This document shows, piece after piece, positions 40,125 to 52,511 of a stretch of DNA of 64,000 bases. The first letter of the stretch is position 1; each line of letters begins with the position of its first letter. This stretch comes from Dicyema japonicum (lineage: Eukaryota > Animalia > Dicyemida), in assembly GCA_011109175.1 (NCBI GenBank), contig RDEW01000008.1, positions 1,431,447 to 1,495,446 on the forward strand, in the 5' to 3' direction. The notes beneath the pieces are model-generated. The model worked only from the letters and a program-made list of their open reading frames with translations. It did no database searches and had not been told where the DNA came from. The position numbers were made by a program, and so were the translations under genes.

Positions 40125-40660
40125 ACCGGTTTTCAGAAAAATGAATTTTATGTGTGCCAAATTTTAAAAAAAATAAACCCTTCTGAAAATAAGCCCATGC
40201 CGAAAAAGCAATGCCAAAAAATAATCAGCAATGTCTTTTTCTTCGATAGGCCTATTATCTTGTTGGCCTACATGTGTTATTAATCTACTTGTCAGGTGAT
40301 GTTATTAATAAATTGAAAATCCATTTATCAGAACATTTAAACTCAACAATGTTTAAATTTCCTTTCAATGGGCATACGATTTCTCTTAAACGTAGCTTAC
40401 AGTTGTTAGTGAATAAGTCCTTCAGATTTTATCCATTCAAACAGTTTTGTTCAATTTCAGTAAAAAACGCCTTGAATGGTTTTGTTTTGATGAATTTTAC
40501 AAGTTTCTATTATTTTTTGCCAGCTTCTTAGACACCTACGGTCTATACCAAGTTGTCTAGATGCTTTTGCACTGCTTCCACTGCACTTTCACAATTTTTT
40601 AACGCGGAAAGTTTTTCTTTGATTGTATAAGACTTCCTTCTTTGCCATTCAACAGTTTGT
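40125..40660 (-). mobile_element. pogo-like transposase N-terminal relic
   Basis: MAKRKSYTIKEKL...EFKCSDKWIFN; GAAAATAAGCC subterminal motif near 40185. Confidence 0.65.
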
Positions 40661-40677
40661 AACTTAGAGGTTTGTTC

Positions 40678-40995
40678 TATTATTATTTATTTATTAACCC
40701 CGGAGACACCGAGAAAGAAGTTAAAGTAAACAACTAATTAAGTGTATCCAGTTTCCACTTCTACAGAAACAGAGTCCATCCGGAATCAGCATAAAGGGTG
40801 AGACGTCCATTACATGCAGTTGTGGAAACCCCTCCAGTGGAGTGGAGAATAGCAAATGATCCTTTTTCATGCCGGCCTGGCACTGGGCGTCACCTAGACA
40901 GGTGGATCACATGACGCCACTCTATTAGGAAGAGAGAGGAGGAACAGAAAGCAAGCAGAAAACTTAAACCAATTAACCACGCGGCGATCACTACG
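40678..40995 (-). mobile_element. SINE-like family C, apparently full copy with LINE-derived 3' tail
   Basis: The 3' ~65 bp match the 3' UTR of the LINE at 62225-62300; the 5' ~95 bp match 61995-62087. Confidence 0.75.
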
Positions 40996-41274
40996 TTGTT
41001 CTATTGATATGTTCATGTCAAAGATAATGTGCGTATTTGAAATAAATAAATTAAATATCTTAATAATTACTTAATCAAATTAATTTATAAAATTTAATTC
41101 AAAAAAATCTTGCCAAATTTTATCGAAAAAGCGGAAATCCCGGTACTATATATTGTTTTAACGTCCAGTCGCAGAAGCCGGGTACTCTATAAATCTCCCA
41201 GTGGCGGAAACCCAAACAAGAGAAAATTTTTTCAAAAGGAATAGACAGTCCGGGGTAATTTTATGATCAGAATA

Positions 41275-41696
41275 ATTAATTATCGATTTATATATATAAT
41301 TAACACCAAAGTAAAGTGGTCATTCCTGATCTCCATAGAAAGGAAACGGGTTTCGGAGTCCCATAAAAGGAAAAAGGGATTTTTTTATGAATAAGAAATT
41401 ATTTTTATAAGACCAAAAGTGAAGCGTTTATGAACTTTTTTTTCAGGCTCAAGGGTTAGGATTGTGGAATTATGTTTTACAAATTATTCCCAATACAAAC
41501 CTTGATTAATTATCGACTTATATATAATTAACACGGGATTAAAGTGGCTAATTGGCTGGAGAGTCAATTGGCGGTGCTGCCTTCATGCCTGATCTCCATA
41601 AAAAGGAAACGGGTTTCGGGGTCCCATAAAAAGGAAAAAGGGATATTTTTATAAATAAGAAATTATTTTTATAAGACCGAAAGTGATGCGTTTATC
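41275..41696 (+). repeat. Diverged direct repeat of about 155 bp (41275-41431 and 41505-41696)
   Basis: Shared ATTAATTATCGA...CCTGATCTCCATA...GGAAACGGGTTTCGG...ATAAGACC...GCGTTTAT; the second copy has a ~35-bp insertion. Confidence 0.8.
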
Positions 41697-42049
41697 ACGT
41701 GTTAAAAAACCACAGTCAATCCATAATTACACAGCTTGTCGCTGTCTCTAGAAACTCAAAAGCATAGGATTCCAACAGTCCAATCTGAACAAACACTCCA
41801 TTAACCACGGTTCAACCTCAATGCATTTTGATAAATTTTCAGTCATCTCTATTTCGAAGCAAACTGCGATAATCACATCTCTCTTCTTATCGTTCTATTT
41901 TCCTCTCATAAGTTGTTTCGAAAATTGCGGAACGAGTAATTTTGTTGATATTATTTTAATTTTTTACGTTATTAGGATTTCTCCAAGAACATTTTAATAA
42001 TATTTGTTTTTTGTTGAATCTGAATCTCCCTAGCCCTCTCAGTTCAAGT

Positions 42050-42940
42050 CGTCTTTAATCCTCTTTGAGTGTCAGTTCAACTTTGAAGTAATTTGTTAGA
42101 TACTACTCTGTCGTCAAAACCCAAAAACACTTGGCATGGTTTTCGATTCATTTTCAAACCACGTCTCATGCGTATGCCAAAAGTCACAGAAACTCAGCTT
42201 TCTGCAGGCCGTCGCACTAAGTCTTGACTCTAGGCGTCGCACTAGTCTTGATCACCATAGGAAAGATATCCAAACAGTCGCAGACAGTTATTCATAGAAA
42301 TGTTGAATTACAGCGTACATGCTAGGATTCTTGTATATCAACAACCAATCTCGAAAAAATAGATTCAAAACTCAGTCTAAGAACAATTACCGGCTGCAGT
42401 GAGAGACAAAACTCTCGAATTAGTGATCATTTACTCATACTTGGCCTAAAATTCCTCTATAAACGCAAAACTCTGAACCATATCCTTTGACTCTTACGGA
42501 CATTAGGAAAATCATAAAAACCCTCAGAGACAGAATACCTGTTTTCAGATCTTTTCTGAAAATAGAGCCTACATATTAGCGCCTTAAATGATCCATGGCT
42601 AGATTTCTACAATCAAAAGCAGCAGCTACTCGGTCGTCTACCACCGGATATTTATGGAAACGAAACTTGCTTACTCCAGGAAGTTTGAGTCCGATAGCAC
42701 GTTTTCGCTCTAATCACCATATCAAGAATATATGAACAAAATAAGAAAAGCCGATTAATCTCTGCACCTTTTCTGCTTCTCTGACGACCACAAAACGACC
42801 CTCTTCTCCTACACTAACCTGTCTTAAATTTCTTCGCAACGTCGAATCTATCAGACTAATCTCTTGGAGCGTACGTTTTAGCAGTTACTTTCCAGCTAAC
42901 CATCGGTTTTCTTTGCTTAAAACCAGAGGTAAATAAATAA
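42050..42940 (+). mobile_element. Decayed LINE 3' region
   Basis: KTLGMVFDS-type RT C-terminal motif, ARFRSNHH, and a TAAATAAATAA tail. Confidence 0.55.
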
Positions 42941-43129
42941 GTACAGTGTCCTGAACTCGGGCAAGATCTATTCCTAGAATAGTTTTAGCAATTGGAACTC
43001 TTTACTGAGTAGTGCAATGCTATCTATGCCACCAAACTATATCAACTATGAACCTTTCGGTTCTACAACACTTTTACTTTGAGTTGGAAATTTATTCACT
43101 GGCTCTTGGATCCAATTAAGAGCAATTAA

Positions 43130-43397
43130 GGCGATCGAGTGGCGCAGTGTAACGGGTGCTTGGCAAGAGGTCTGTAGGTCCCTAGTTTGAATTCCGATGT
43201 TGCACATTCGGTTGAAGGTACCACGCATATACGATGCTTTGGTTTGATGGGTGACGTCGTAATCAGTGAACATTTCAGTACGAAACTGGATCGTCTATAT
43301 AGGACATACACCCAACAAAAAGAAAAAAAAGAAGTGAAGAGTATTCCTTGGTTCCCCTCATCGATTAGTTATAATAACTGTTCTTTACTTAAATAAA
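43130..43397 (+). mobile_element. SINE family A, copy 1 (tRNA-derived head)
   Basis: A-box TGGCGCAGTGT and B-box-like AGTTTGAATTCC at tRNA spacing; about 200 bp homologous to 48356-48560. Confidence 0.8.
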
Positions 43398-43696
43398 GTG
43401 TTTCTGAGCGGAGCCATAACTAATATGGGTCTGTATATTTCTGAGTCGATATAAGTAATTTTTTCTAATTTCTGCACAGTCATTATTGAATATCACTTCA
43501 TCCTGGTGCCCTTTCCACGCATAAACCGTTCAAACCGCCTTTGTAATCCAACTTAGGCATTTAATCATCTGCGATAGATAAGAATAAGGAAAACTCCAAG
43601 GACGTTACGATCATAGAAAGTGTTTAATAAAAAATTTCAAGTTCTAAAATTTTAGAGACACAGCTGCTGTATGAAGCATATAAATTTACGGTAGAG

Positions 43697-45420
43697 CAGC
43701 GCTTCCCGATTCGTTTTGAGTTCGCATCCCCAAAATTAAAAAAACCAACCTCGGACCCCGATTTTAAATCTAACAGAATTCGAATTTTATTGCAAAAAAT
43801 TAGTTTGGTACCTTAAGATTTTCCTGCCTTTTATTTTAATTAATTCTTCGAAATGTGATTTTTTGTTGAACTTGCAGTGCTTTTTTGCAGGGTCGGCCAA
43901 CTTGCGAATCGCACCAAAAAACCTCCAAAGAATTTGAGTCGTACGACATTTCAGTGATATACATATTTGCATTTCAATCAAATTGTCTTTATCCTCATCT
44001 CTATCGCCCATCTTCTCTATTTTGAAAGCAACTGGGTTAACAATCCAGGTATCAGAATCTTTAATATTTCCAATTGAAAAATATCCATCAAATGAAAGTT
44101 TTAAGCCTTCAGATGATTTTTGATTTCTGCTTTAATAATTTCATCAAAATTTGAGTTGGATTCAGTAGCCATTTCATCCGGTGTTGGAAAATTGGCAAAA
44201 TTATTGACTTATACGTCGAGTCCACAACAACAGTTTATTCCAAGGCATGTAGACTGTCAGAAGCATTAATAATGCTCATCCCTTTCCCTTGAACTGAAAT
44301 ACTTAACTGGTTAAGATGATTGAAAATGTTAGACAAATATGCCAACAAAACATAATTTGGAGATTTGAAACAATTAAGTAGTTCAGAGTTTTTTTCAAAT
44401 AAAATTGTTCGATTTCAAGTCTAAGAATAAAAAATCTTGTCAAAACACGACCTCTTGACAGCCTCTTGATATAAAAAATCAGTGGCTTCTGCATCATAAT
44501 CAATACATAATGCTTTGAACAGTCTATGATTCAATGACCTTCCTCGAATGAAATTCACGATTATAACACACGAATTTAAGACATCTTTTAACTTAATCGG
44601 CAAAGACTTCGATGTGAGTGCTTGCCAATGAAAGATAGTGAGCAACTGTTACATCTGAAACATGCTTTCTCAAAGGGCTGCAAACTCGACCTATTTCCCA
44701 GCATAACTGGAGCACCTTCAGTGAAAATTGACCCGATAATTTCTAATGGAAAATCATGTTCATCAGAAAAGTCTCAATTATATGGAAATTTTTTTTGCAG
44801 AGGTTTCCGTTTCGAGAGGTTTGCAAAAAAGAAACTCTTCTGCAATTAAATTTTTTACATAACGAACAAAGCCAACATGGGTAGATTCATCCAACTGAAT
44901 TGAAATCTTGATGCAAGAATTCTCTATTTCCGTGCTGCAGTTTTCGAGAGGCGTCTGGGCACATAACTGTTTTCACCATTTCCAATTCACATGGCTTAAT
45001 AAGAGTCTCTGCAATAATATGTGGCTTCTTTCGCATCTTCAAATGCTAATTTGAATGACGGCAAAAGTAATAGTTTGTCAATTCAGGTAAATCCAAGCTT
45101 CGGAAGGTTACTTGGATATCGTATCGTGACCTTTTAGCCTTCAAACATTCAAGCTTATTCCTGGACGTATTGATGGTTTCGAATTTGAATTAGAAAAAAA
45201 TTGCATCACAAAACACGCACTGGGGTCTATCGACTCCATCAATAATTATCTTCGTAAAGCCATATTGAACATAGTCTTTTTTCATTTTTGAATTTTAATA
45301 CAGATTGACATAGATAACCAAGAGTTTTTTCTAGTTTACTCTACCGGGTAGAGAATCATCCAGATTTCCCATTAGGCTAATGAAAAGAGAATCATCCAGA
45401 TTTCCCATTAGGCTAAATGA
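43697..45420 (-). mobile_element. Decayed hAT (Buster/Charlie-like) transposon
   Basis: DYVQYGF...DRPQCVFC, IQLDEST, SIFTEGAPVMLG, HWQALTSK...IVNFIRGRSLNHRLF; TIR-like CAGCGCTTCCC at 43697. Confidence 0.85.
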
Positions 45421-45799
45421 GTAATTGTGTTATTCTTATCCTCCAATAGACGCAGCTGTTGTATAGAGAATGTACATTACTCGATCATTGATTCTCCAGA
45501 AGTGGTTTAATCCAGAAAGTAAATTCTTATGCACTGTGTCGTAGTCAGAAGGTAATCGAATTAGTCTGTTAATCAAATGAGATTCATTTAATCATTCTCT
45601 TAATTTTGTTAATCACATATAAAAGTTCAATATTTAGCCATGTTTTCTCATTAATAGTCATTTAGTACTCTGGTATTGTAGATTTGAATGAAAATCCCAC
45701 TAGAACTGTCAAGTGTCTAATTAACACAACGTCATAATCTCAACCATTCTGACATAATTTTTGTTTTTATGGAATATAGAAAGTTCAATAATATAACTA

Positions 45800-45940
45800 A
45801 TTTTTCCTCGTTTCTTCTCAAGATAAATTTTTACAAGTTTCCTCAAACTTTGTGCCAGGTGAGATTCGAACCTTCTTTGTATTTGACGCTTCGTTGTTCC
45901 AAACTTATCATAGCCACTGTCTTCTGATTCCATCATTTTG
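45800..45940 (-). mobile_element. Possible GIY-YIG endonuclease relic (Penelope-like)
   Basis: FGTTKRQIQRRFESHL fits (Y)IGxTxRxLxxRxxEH; short, and no RT was seen nearby. Confidence 0.4.
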
Positions 45941-46039
45941 ATTATTTACAAAAGAAATGAAACCAAGTTACATCCATCTAGAAGAGATGAAGATATTTCG
46001 TGGATAAAGGTACTTCACCACCTTAACGATCCTACCGAC

Positions 46040-46312
46040 TATTTATTTATTTTTAGCCTTAAAATCTTTAAGACCTAATTAAATTCAAGATAGAACGCGT
46101 GCTTGTACCTACCAAATCAATCCTCCAATAGTCAATTACAGTCTTCCGCTTCAGAAGAGAGGTGAAGAAGTAGTTATGTCCTCTTTCATTTTCATCACTC
46201 GTCTTACTTTCGTATCAATTTATTCTTAGGCGGAAGAGTTTTCATAATGATAATCTGCTACAGTGGAGTTGGTCAGGGGACGATAGGAAGATCCCTTTCG
46301 ACAACTGATCAA
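46040..46312 (-). mobile_element. SINE family B, copy 3 (5'-truncated)
   Basis: ACCAAATCAATC...GCGGAAGAGTTTTCATAAT...GATCCCTTTC is shared with the other copies; (TAAA)n tail. Confidence 0.75.
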
Positions 46313-46387
46313 CTAAATGCTTGGCTAGCTGGTTTTTTATTATTATTATTATTAATAAATCTGTATTTAAAGAATTTAGGTCATCAA

Positions 46388-48253
46388 ATGCAAGCAGACG
46401 ATAATTCAAACAATATATAAGTAAATGTCTAAAGAACAAGAAAAAAAGATGAATAGGCAACTTCCTTGGATTTCAGTGAGAACACGTCAAAAAAGGAATG
46501 ACAAAAGCCAAATAGTTCCCTAACAATAAAACCAACTTTTCCGACAAAAAATCTCGATTTGACACCAAAATTCAAAGAATGGACAAAAGATAAATTAGAA
46601 ATCCAAGAATTAAACTGCCAATTGGCCCGATTCATAGAAACGAGATGCTACAATGAATCCGAATATTACCAATTGTTGCAAGAATTGGCAATTTTGAGAG
46701 AATTTTTAAACATTGAGGCACCAAATGTGAAGCATATTTACGAATCCGAAATCTCCCAAATCAATGAACTGATCAATGCTTGTGAAGAGGTTAGAATTAA
46801 AAATGCTAAGCAGAAAAGCATACATGAAGATATTTTATCGCTAACCAACGAGTGAGTCTAATATTTTTGAAATTAGGCTTGAGTTGTTAGAAAAAGACAT
46901 TGAAAACAAAAATTATGAAATAATTTTGAACGCCGAGGAAAATTGCACGAAGGAAATAAAAATAGGCACACTAAAACAAAAGATTAGCTTAATTGACGAG
47001 GAAAACAAAATAGATCAATCCAAAATAGAAATGTTTCAAGACATTCTCTCAGGAATCAAAGATGTGGAAATTTATGTTCAATTTTAGAATTTAGTCCGAG
47101 AACAGATGAGAAAATTTAAGCTTGGTGACCAAAATAATAAGTTCAGAGATGAATTAGAGTTTTTATTAGCTGTTCACGAGAATGTAATTACAGGAATTTA
47201 TAAATATTTAGAAAATTCAAGATTATAAAGATCAATTAGCTAAAATAAGCAGTGTTCAAAGAGATTGGTGGGAGGATGAGTACTCAAAGGCGATTAAAAA
47301 GATTCAAATAAATTTTGACGATAACATGGCCAGGATCGCACAAGTTCTGGAAGCATCTCATGCGTCAAAGGTTACAACTCACATATATTATTAGATTAAA
47401 GAAATTGAATTGTCTTTGGAAGAAAGCAACTCAGAGACTTCCCTGTATTTTGATGAGTACAACAAAGTCAAGAGTTATGAGACCGATTTGAAGGTCGAAC
47501 TGAACGAAGTAAAGAAAATGGTTTAGATTTTAATTTTTACATTCCAGAATGAAATGTTGAATTATCAAATATTCGAGATCAAAAAAGAGATTGAAAATGA
47601 TATAAAAGAACGTGAAAAATTGATCTCTGAAAAGGACCGAGAAATCTCCGAAATTCAATTCATATTAGACAGACTCACTGATGAAGTAAAGAATATAAAT
47701 GATAATAACATTTCTATTCGATCTGAAATATTTGAATATCGGCAATTGCTGTCTAAAAATAAGTCAAATCTAAAATAATTTTTAGTATATATGAAACAGG
47801 AAAGTCAAGCATTTCCTCCAAAATTAGGGGTACTAGCATCGAATATGATAATTCCACATTAGGTGAATGCTTGTAATTACCTAAGGGAATTTATCGAAGG
47901 ACATTGTTATAACAAAGGGTTCTCATTTTGGATATATTCTATTGGAAAATCTGGGAAAAGTAAGCTAACTAATTGTTTATGTTAAGGATATACTAATAAA
48001 AAATTGGAAATATGTGGAAAATATTGACGATAAACACTTTTATGAGCATATATTCGATAACATTATGATTAAAGGCCATTCTTTATTTAAGATCGCTCTT
48101 TATGAGGGAGACGATGGAAATACTCACTTAACCAAATATGTCAAGCGCGAGCCTCGCGAACATTTAATTTCACAATTATATGATGAATCTGGAAGGGTTT
48201 TTTCACTTTAATACTTTTAGAAAATAACGGAATATGTTCACAATATCATTTGA
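46388..48253 (+). CDS. Intermediate filament protein (rod plus probable lamin-tail-like domain, no CaaX)
   Basis: Coil-1A motif EIQELNCQLARFIE, coil-2 end SEIFEYRQLL, heptads, about 9 introns of 23-28 nt; ends YVHNII*. The 5' end is uncertain because of an in-frame TGA near 46499. Confidence 0.85.
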
Positions 48254-48355
48254 AAGTTCACTTGATTAACTAACACGCTATTTTAATATTTCGTTTGGTA
48301 TTAATAGTTAATATTCCATTTTGAGCATTTCGGATAGTTAGCTGATAGTTAACAC

Positions 48356-48560
48356 AGGTAAGGTGGTGCAGTGCAACGGTTGTCGGCAAGAGGCTGATGT
48401 CGCTAGTTTGAATCCCGACATTTCGGTTGAAGGTTCCACGAATCTCTATGCTTTGGCTTGACGAGTGCCACCGTCATCAGTGAACATTTCACTGCAGAAC
48501 TGGGTCGTCTATCTAGGACATACACCCAATAAAGAGAAAACAAAAGAAGTGAAGAGCTAA
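48356..48560 (+). mobile_element. SINE family A, copy 2
   Basis: TGGTGCAGTG...CTAGTTTGAATCCCG...TTCGGTTGAAGGT...ATCAGTGAACATTTC...AGGACATACACCCAA. Confidence 0.8.
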
Positions 48561-48759
48561 TGTTTTTCTTTTTGTTATGTCTTCGTTGTCTTCGAGAAGG
48601 GAGCCCAGCTTTTTTGCGACAATACTTTTCCATCTTGCTTTTTTTCTTATGAGTTATGTGACTTGGATTTTGTCCGAGTTAACCGTTAGGAACCATTAAG
48701 ACATCTTCCTCTGTATTTTCCTAAGCATTAAGTGCTTATTTATCATTTGAAATAATGTC

Positions 48760-51150
48760 CACATCGTCTGCGTATTCTATTTTGCTCATTTCCCCTTACA
48801 GGAGTGGTTTCGTGACTACAATATACTCCGAAAAGACCGGACAAGAAGTCTCGGTGGAGGATTATTGACGTTGGTTAGGGAGGGTCTTTTGTTCACCGAT
48901 GTCACCCCGTTTGTATCTTCTCTGCGAAGGAGACCCTATTCTGGAACAAATCTCTATCGAAGTTCCTTTCTCACCCTAAGACGTTTTACACTGTGTAACA
49001 TTTATATTCCACCTCAGAGTTCGTCTACTTCCCTTATTCCAAAGTATATTCCCAACTTATTGAAACTTTTTGAACTGAAAAATTTGGTATTATTCGGCGA
49101 CCTAAATACCAAACATCCACTCTGGCTCCGGACACAATCAGCCGACAGTCGTGGCGAGTACATCCTTTCCTTACTTAATGATTTGACTATCCTCAATGAC
49201 CCAGACGCTCACACAAGGACCCCGACCCGCAGAAGGGACAGTCAATATCCCTGGACTTGTCTCTCTGCTCTTTTTCTATGGCTGGATGTATTTCATGGAA
49301 TGTCCGTTATGGTTTCTCAAGCGACCATAACCCCATTGTGTTGCGACTTAGAAGGCCTATTTGTTCACTGTGTTGTTCTACAAAGTTCAAAAATTATTTG
49401 AAGGCTGACTGGCAAGGTTTCAGGGCGTATGTGGACAATAGTCTCCTTGATCTTACTATGGTTAATTGCACAGTAGAGAAGACGGCCAAGATTCTGTCTG
49501 CTATCATTTTGAAAGCTGATAAACTATTTATACCTGTCGCCTCTTACAAGAAGTTCAATCCAAGATTATCATCGCTAATTGTGTCACTCATCAAGAAACG
49601 AGATGCGCTGAAGAGGAAAAGAACACAGACCAATAACTCCTTCTACTCCATACGTTCAATGAATATCAAATTATCTGAGATTATCCGAACTAACAACAGA
49701 CTCAAATGGAGCAGTCTAGTTGGACGACTATGTCAAAAACTCTTATGCCACATTTTAGAAAACGCTAAAAGGATCAATAGCATTATCAATGAGGAGGCCG
49801 TTACCCGGAGCCCGCACGCAAACTTGCAAACAAGATTATGAAGTACTACGTATCGATCAGCCATAAAGATTTTTCTCGTTCTACACATGTTGAACGGCGT
49901 CAGCCTCAACAAGAACCGTATTCCACCTTCTTCAACCCCATGAGGTTTACAAGGCTATTAAATGCTTGTGGTCCCGACGGTATTTGCACTATTCACCTCA
50001 AACACCTTGAACCTCAGGCACGAGCCATACTATCAAGACTGTACAACAACTCTATCAACTTCCATACGCTATCTAATATATGGAAAAACTCCCTGATTAC
50101 GCCAATTCTAAAGCCTGGAAAACCAAAAGACGTTCCCTCTTCTTACTCCCCGTCTCAATAACTTGTGTTTTATCAAAAGTGCTGAAAAAGCTTGTATTAA
50201 TGCGCATCTCTCCTGTTCTACATCTAACAGAGTTTCAACATGGTTTCAGGTCAGACTGTTCTACAACGACTTATTTGGGTTCTATCTCCCAGTTTATTAC
50301 TGACGGCTTCAACGTGAGAACACACTTACGGACGGCCTTAGTATCCATCGACAAACAGAAGGCCTTTGATTGAGTTCCGAAAAAACTCTTAACGCATAAG
50401 ATTTTAATTCGAACCTTACATCCGAACATCAAGCTATGGCTGGAAAATTTCTTAACTAGACGACGCGGAAGGGTCCGGATTGACAAAACCACTTCAAAAT
50501 CAAGACTACTCCCCTATGAGGTCCTGCAAGGCCCTTCATCTCCTCTCCTTTTCAACCTATTTCTACATGACCTACCTACTACCAATGACCAGGACACTAT
50601 GTTTTTATCCTATGCGGACGACCTAATTATCGCTGCAAGAGATAAATCTCCTTCCGTGGCTGTAGCAACTGTTCAGTGACACCTAAACCGGGTATGTGAC
50701 TGGCTATTTGAAAATATGTTATGTGTGTCAGCATCTAAATCCCAGTTTATCATTTTCACTACTGATAGAAGATTTAAGAATGGACTCGAACTGTTTTTTA
50801 GAGATACTTTTATCCCTTTTACGCGTACCCAGAAGTTCCTTGGGGTAGTTTTCTACTCTCTGATGACGTTCTCGAGTCACGTGGAGGAGGTGCTTGCCAA
50901 GATCTTAGGAAATGGAACATTTTAAAAGTGAGCATAAAAGAAGAGCCCTTTCCTCCCTGCTGCTTGCGTCAACAAGTCATCGTTCCTACCATTAAATATG
51001 CCTGCTCTGCCTGGAGATTTGCAATTCCTTCTTCGAAAGTGGATCGTTTGAACTCTCTCAGGCGGAAAATTATGCACCACACGGACATCCCCATTGGCGG
51101 CCTCGTTTCTGATGAGGCAACGTTGAAGAATGGACATGGTGTATGCATAA
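48760..51150 (+). mobile_element. Near full-length decayed LINE ORF2 (APE and RT)
   Basis: NIYIPP, FGDLNTKHP, SDHNPI, CGPDGI, PILKPGK, QHGFR, KAFD, SYADD, KFLGV. Confidence 0.92.
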
Positions 51151-51329
51151 GAAATGCATTGCTCAATATAATGATCGTATAACGCTTTTAGGATATACCA
51201 TTTGCCGATCTTCAATAATCCTGAGAAGCTTTTTAGTAGATGACCTTTCGTTTTGTTAGGATGCTGCGGGAAGCTAGCGTGCATATCAATTTCCCAGTCT
51301 TTCATTCGAAGTGAAATCGAATGGAAATT

Positions 51330-51500
51330 TCCAAGGCCACGGTAAAAACAAATTAACTACTCAAGTGATTCTGACACGCTCCAGCAGTGACATTATCTTG
51401 CTAAATGTTCCTCCCTCGAACTCACACGGGCACGTATAGGGAGTAACATGGGAGTAACACATCGGTTCGATGTAATATTTGTAGACAGTTTCAAGGATCG
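51330..51500 (-). mobile_element. LINE 3' end
   Basis: SSREEHL.KIMSLLERVRIT*, the same terminus as at 28893, 29186 and 56690. Confidence 0.75.
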
Positions 51501-52511
51501 GGTGATTTCCAATATTCCGTACCCCAGACTTTTCAGTACACTCTTTTCTCGCATTTTGTCACCACAGTTTCAAAATGAGGCGAGAAGCACATGTACATGT
51601 CAAAAATCGCCCATAGGATCTCCTGAGATCAGTTAAAGGGATAATGGCGACGCTTTTTTAATTCGACTTTCCGTCTTCCCAAAATGGGGAGTGAGATTTT
51701 TCTAGGCTAACCGATAATCGGATGATTGAAACCGCAATTAAATTTAAAGAATAATAATTGATATTTTAAAATAATTTATTTTGTGACATTTATGTTTAGT
51801 ATTTTCTCTGGGGAGAATATTGGGAGAGTAAGTCTCTCATGATGGACTGTCTTGATAGGCGTCTCTGACTTTCTTCGACATTTTTCATTTATTTGAGGAA
51901 GTTTCATCTTATCCTCGTGAGGACAATTGATTTTCGAGGATGTTTGGGTTTTTTGAGTTTTTACGGGTCCGGTTTTTTAAATTGAATTTTCTTATCACAT
52001 TTATGAGGGGTGAATGTTTTTGTTGTTTGCTTTTTTAATGAATCAAATGATTTTTCAGTTTTTTGGAAATATACTTTTTCAGGCAAACAATGAACTTGAA
52101 TAAAGTCTTCACTAAGGTGGGGACATACAGGTTTGACGTTATTCTTTAACTTAGAAAATTAAAACCCACATTACTGTTCATTTACCGATTATTAATTTGA
52201 ATTTCATACAATTAACCATCCACGCCACAAACCATATAATTTTGAATTCAGCATAATTAATCAATGGTAGGTTTGCATTGTAAATTATCTAGTTATGATT
52301 AACAAAGGAAATACTTGTATTTTTGAGTATTTTCGTGACAATTTGTTTTTTAGTGCTTGCATATTTTTAGTACATTTATTTTAATTTTAAAGAATAAAAA
52401 AATGAATTGATGAAGTTTGTCTCAATTGATTCGTCTCCATTTTGAGCAAGGCCCACCCATACTTTCAGATTCGTAAGACAAAATAGTTTGGACCGTCTGA
52501 TTTCATCGTTC

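Noticed and set aside
43130-43205. Functional tRNA gene
   Set aside because: No acceptor or anticodon stem, and it is fused to a repeated 3' body, so it is a SINE head.
48385-48490. Hammerhead-like core on the minus strand of SINE A copy 2 (CTGATGA..ACC-GAAA-TGTCG..CGACA-TC)
   Set aside because: Stem I cannot form, it is antisense to the Pol III transcript, and copy 1 has CTGATTA/GAAT and no stem III.
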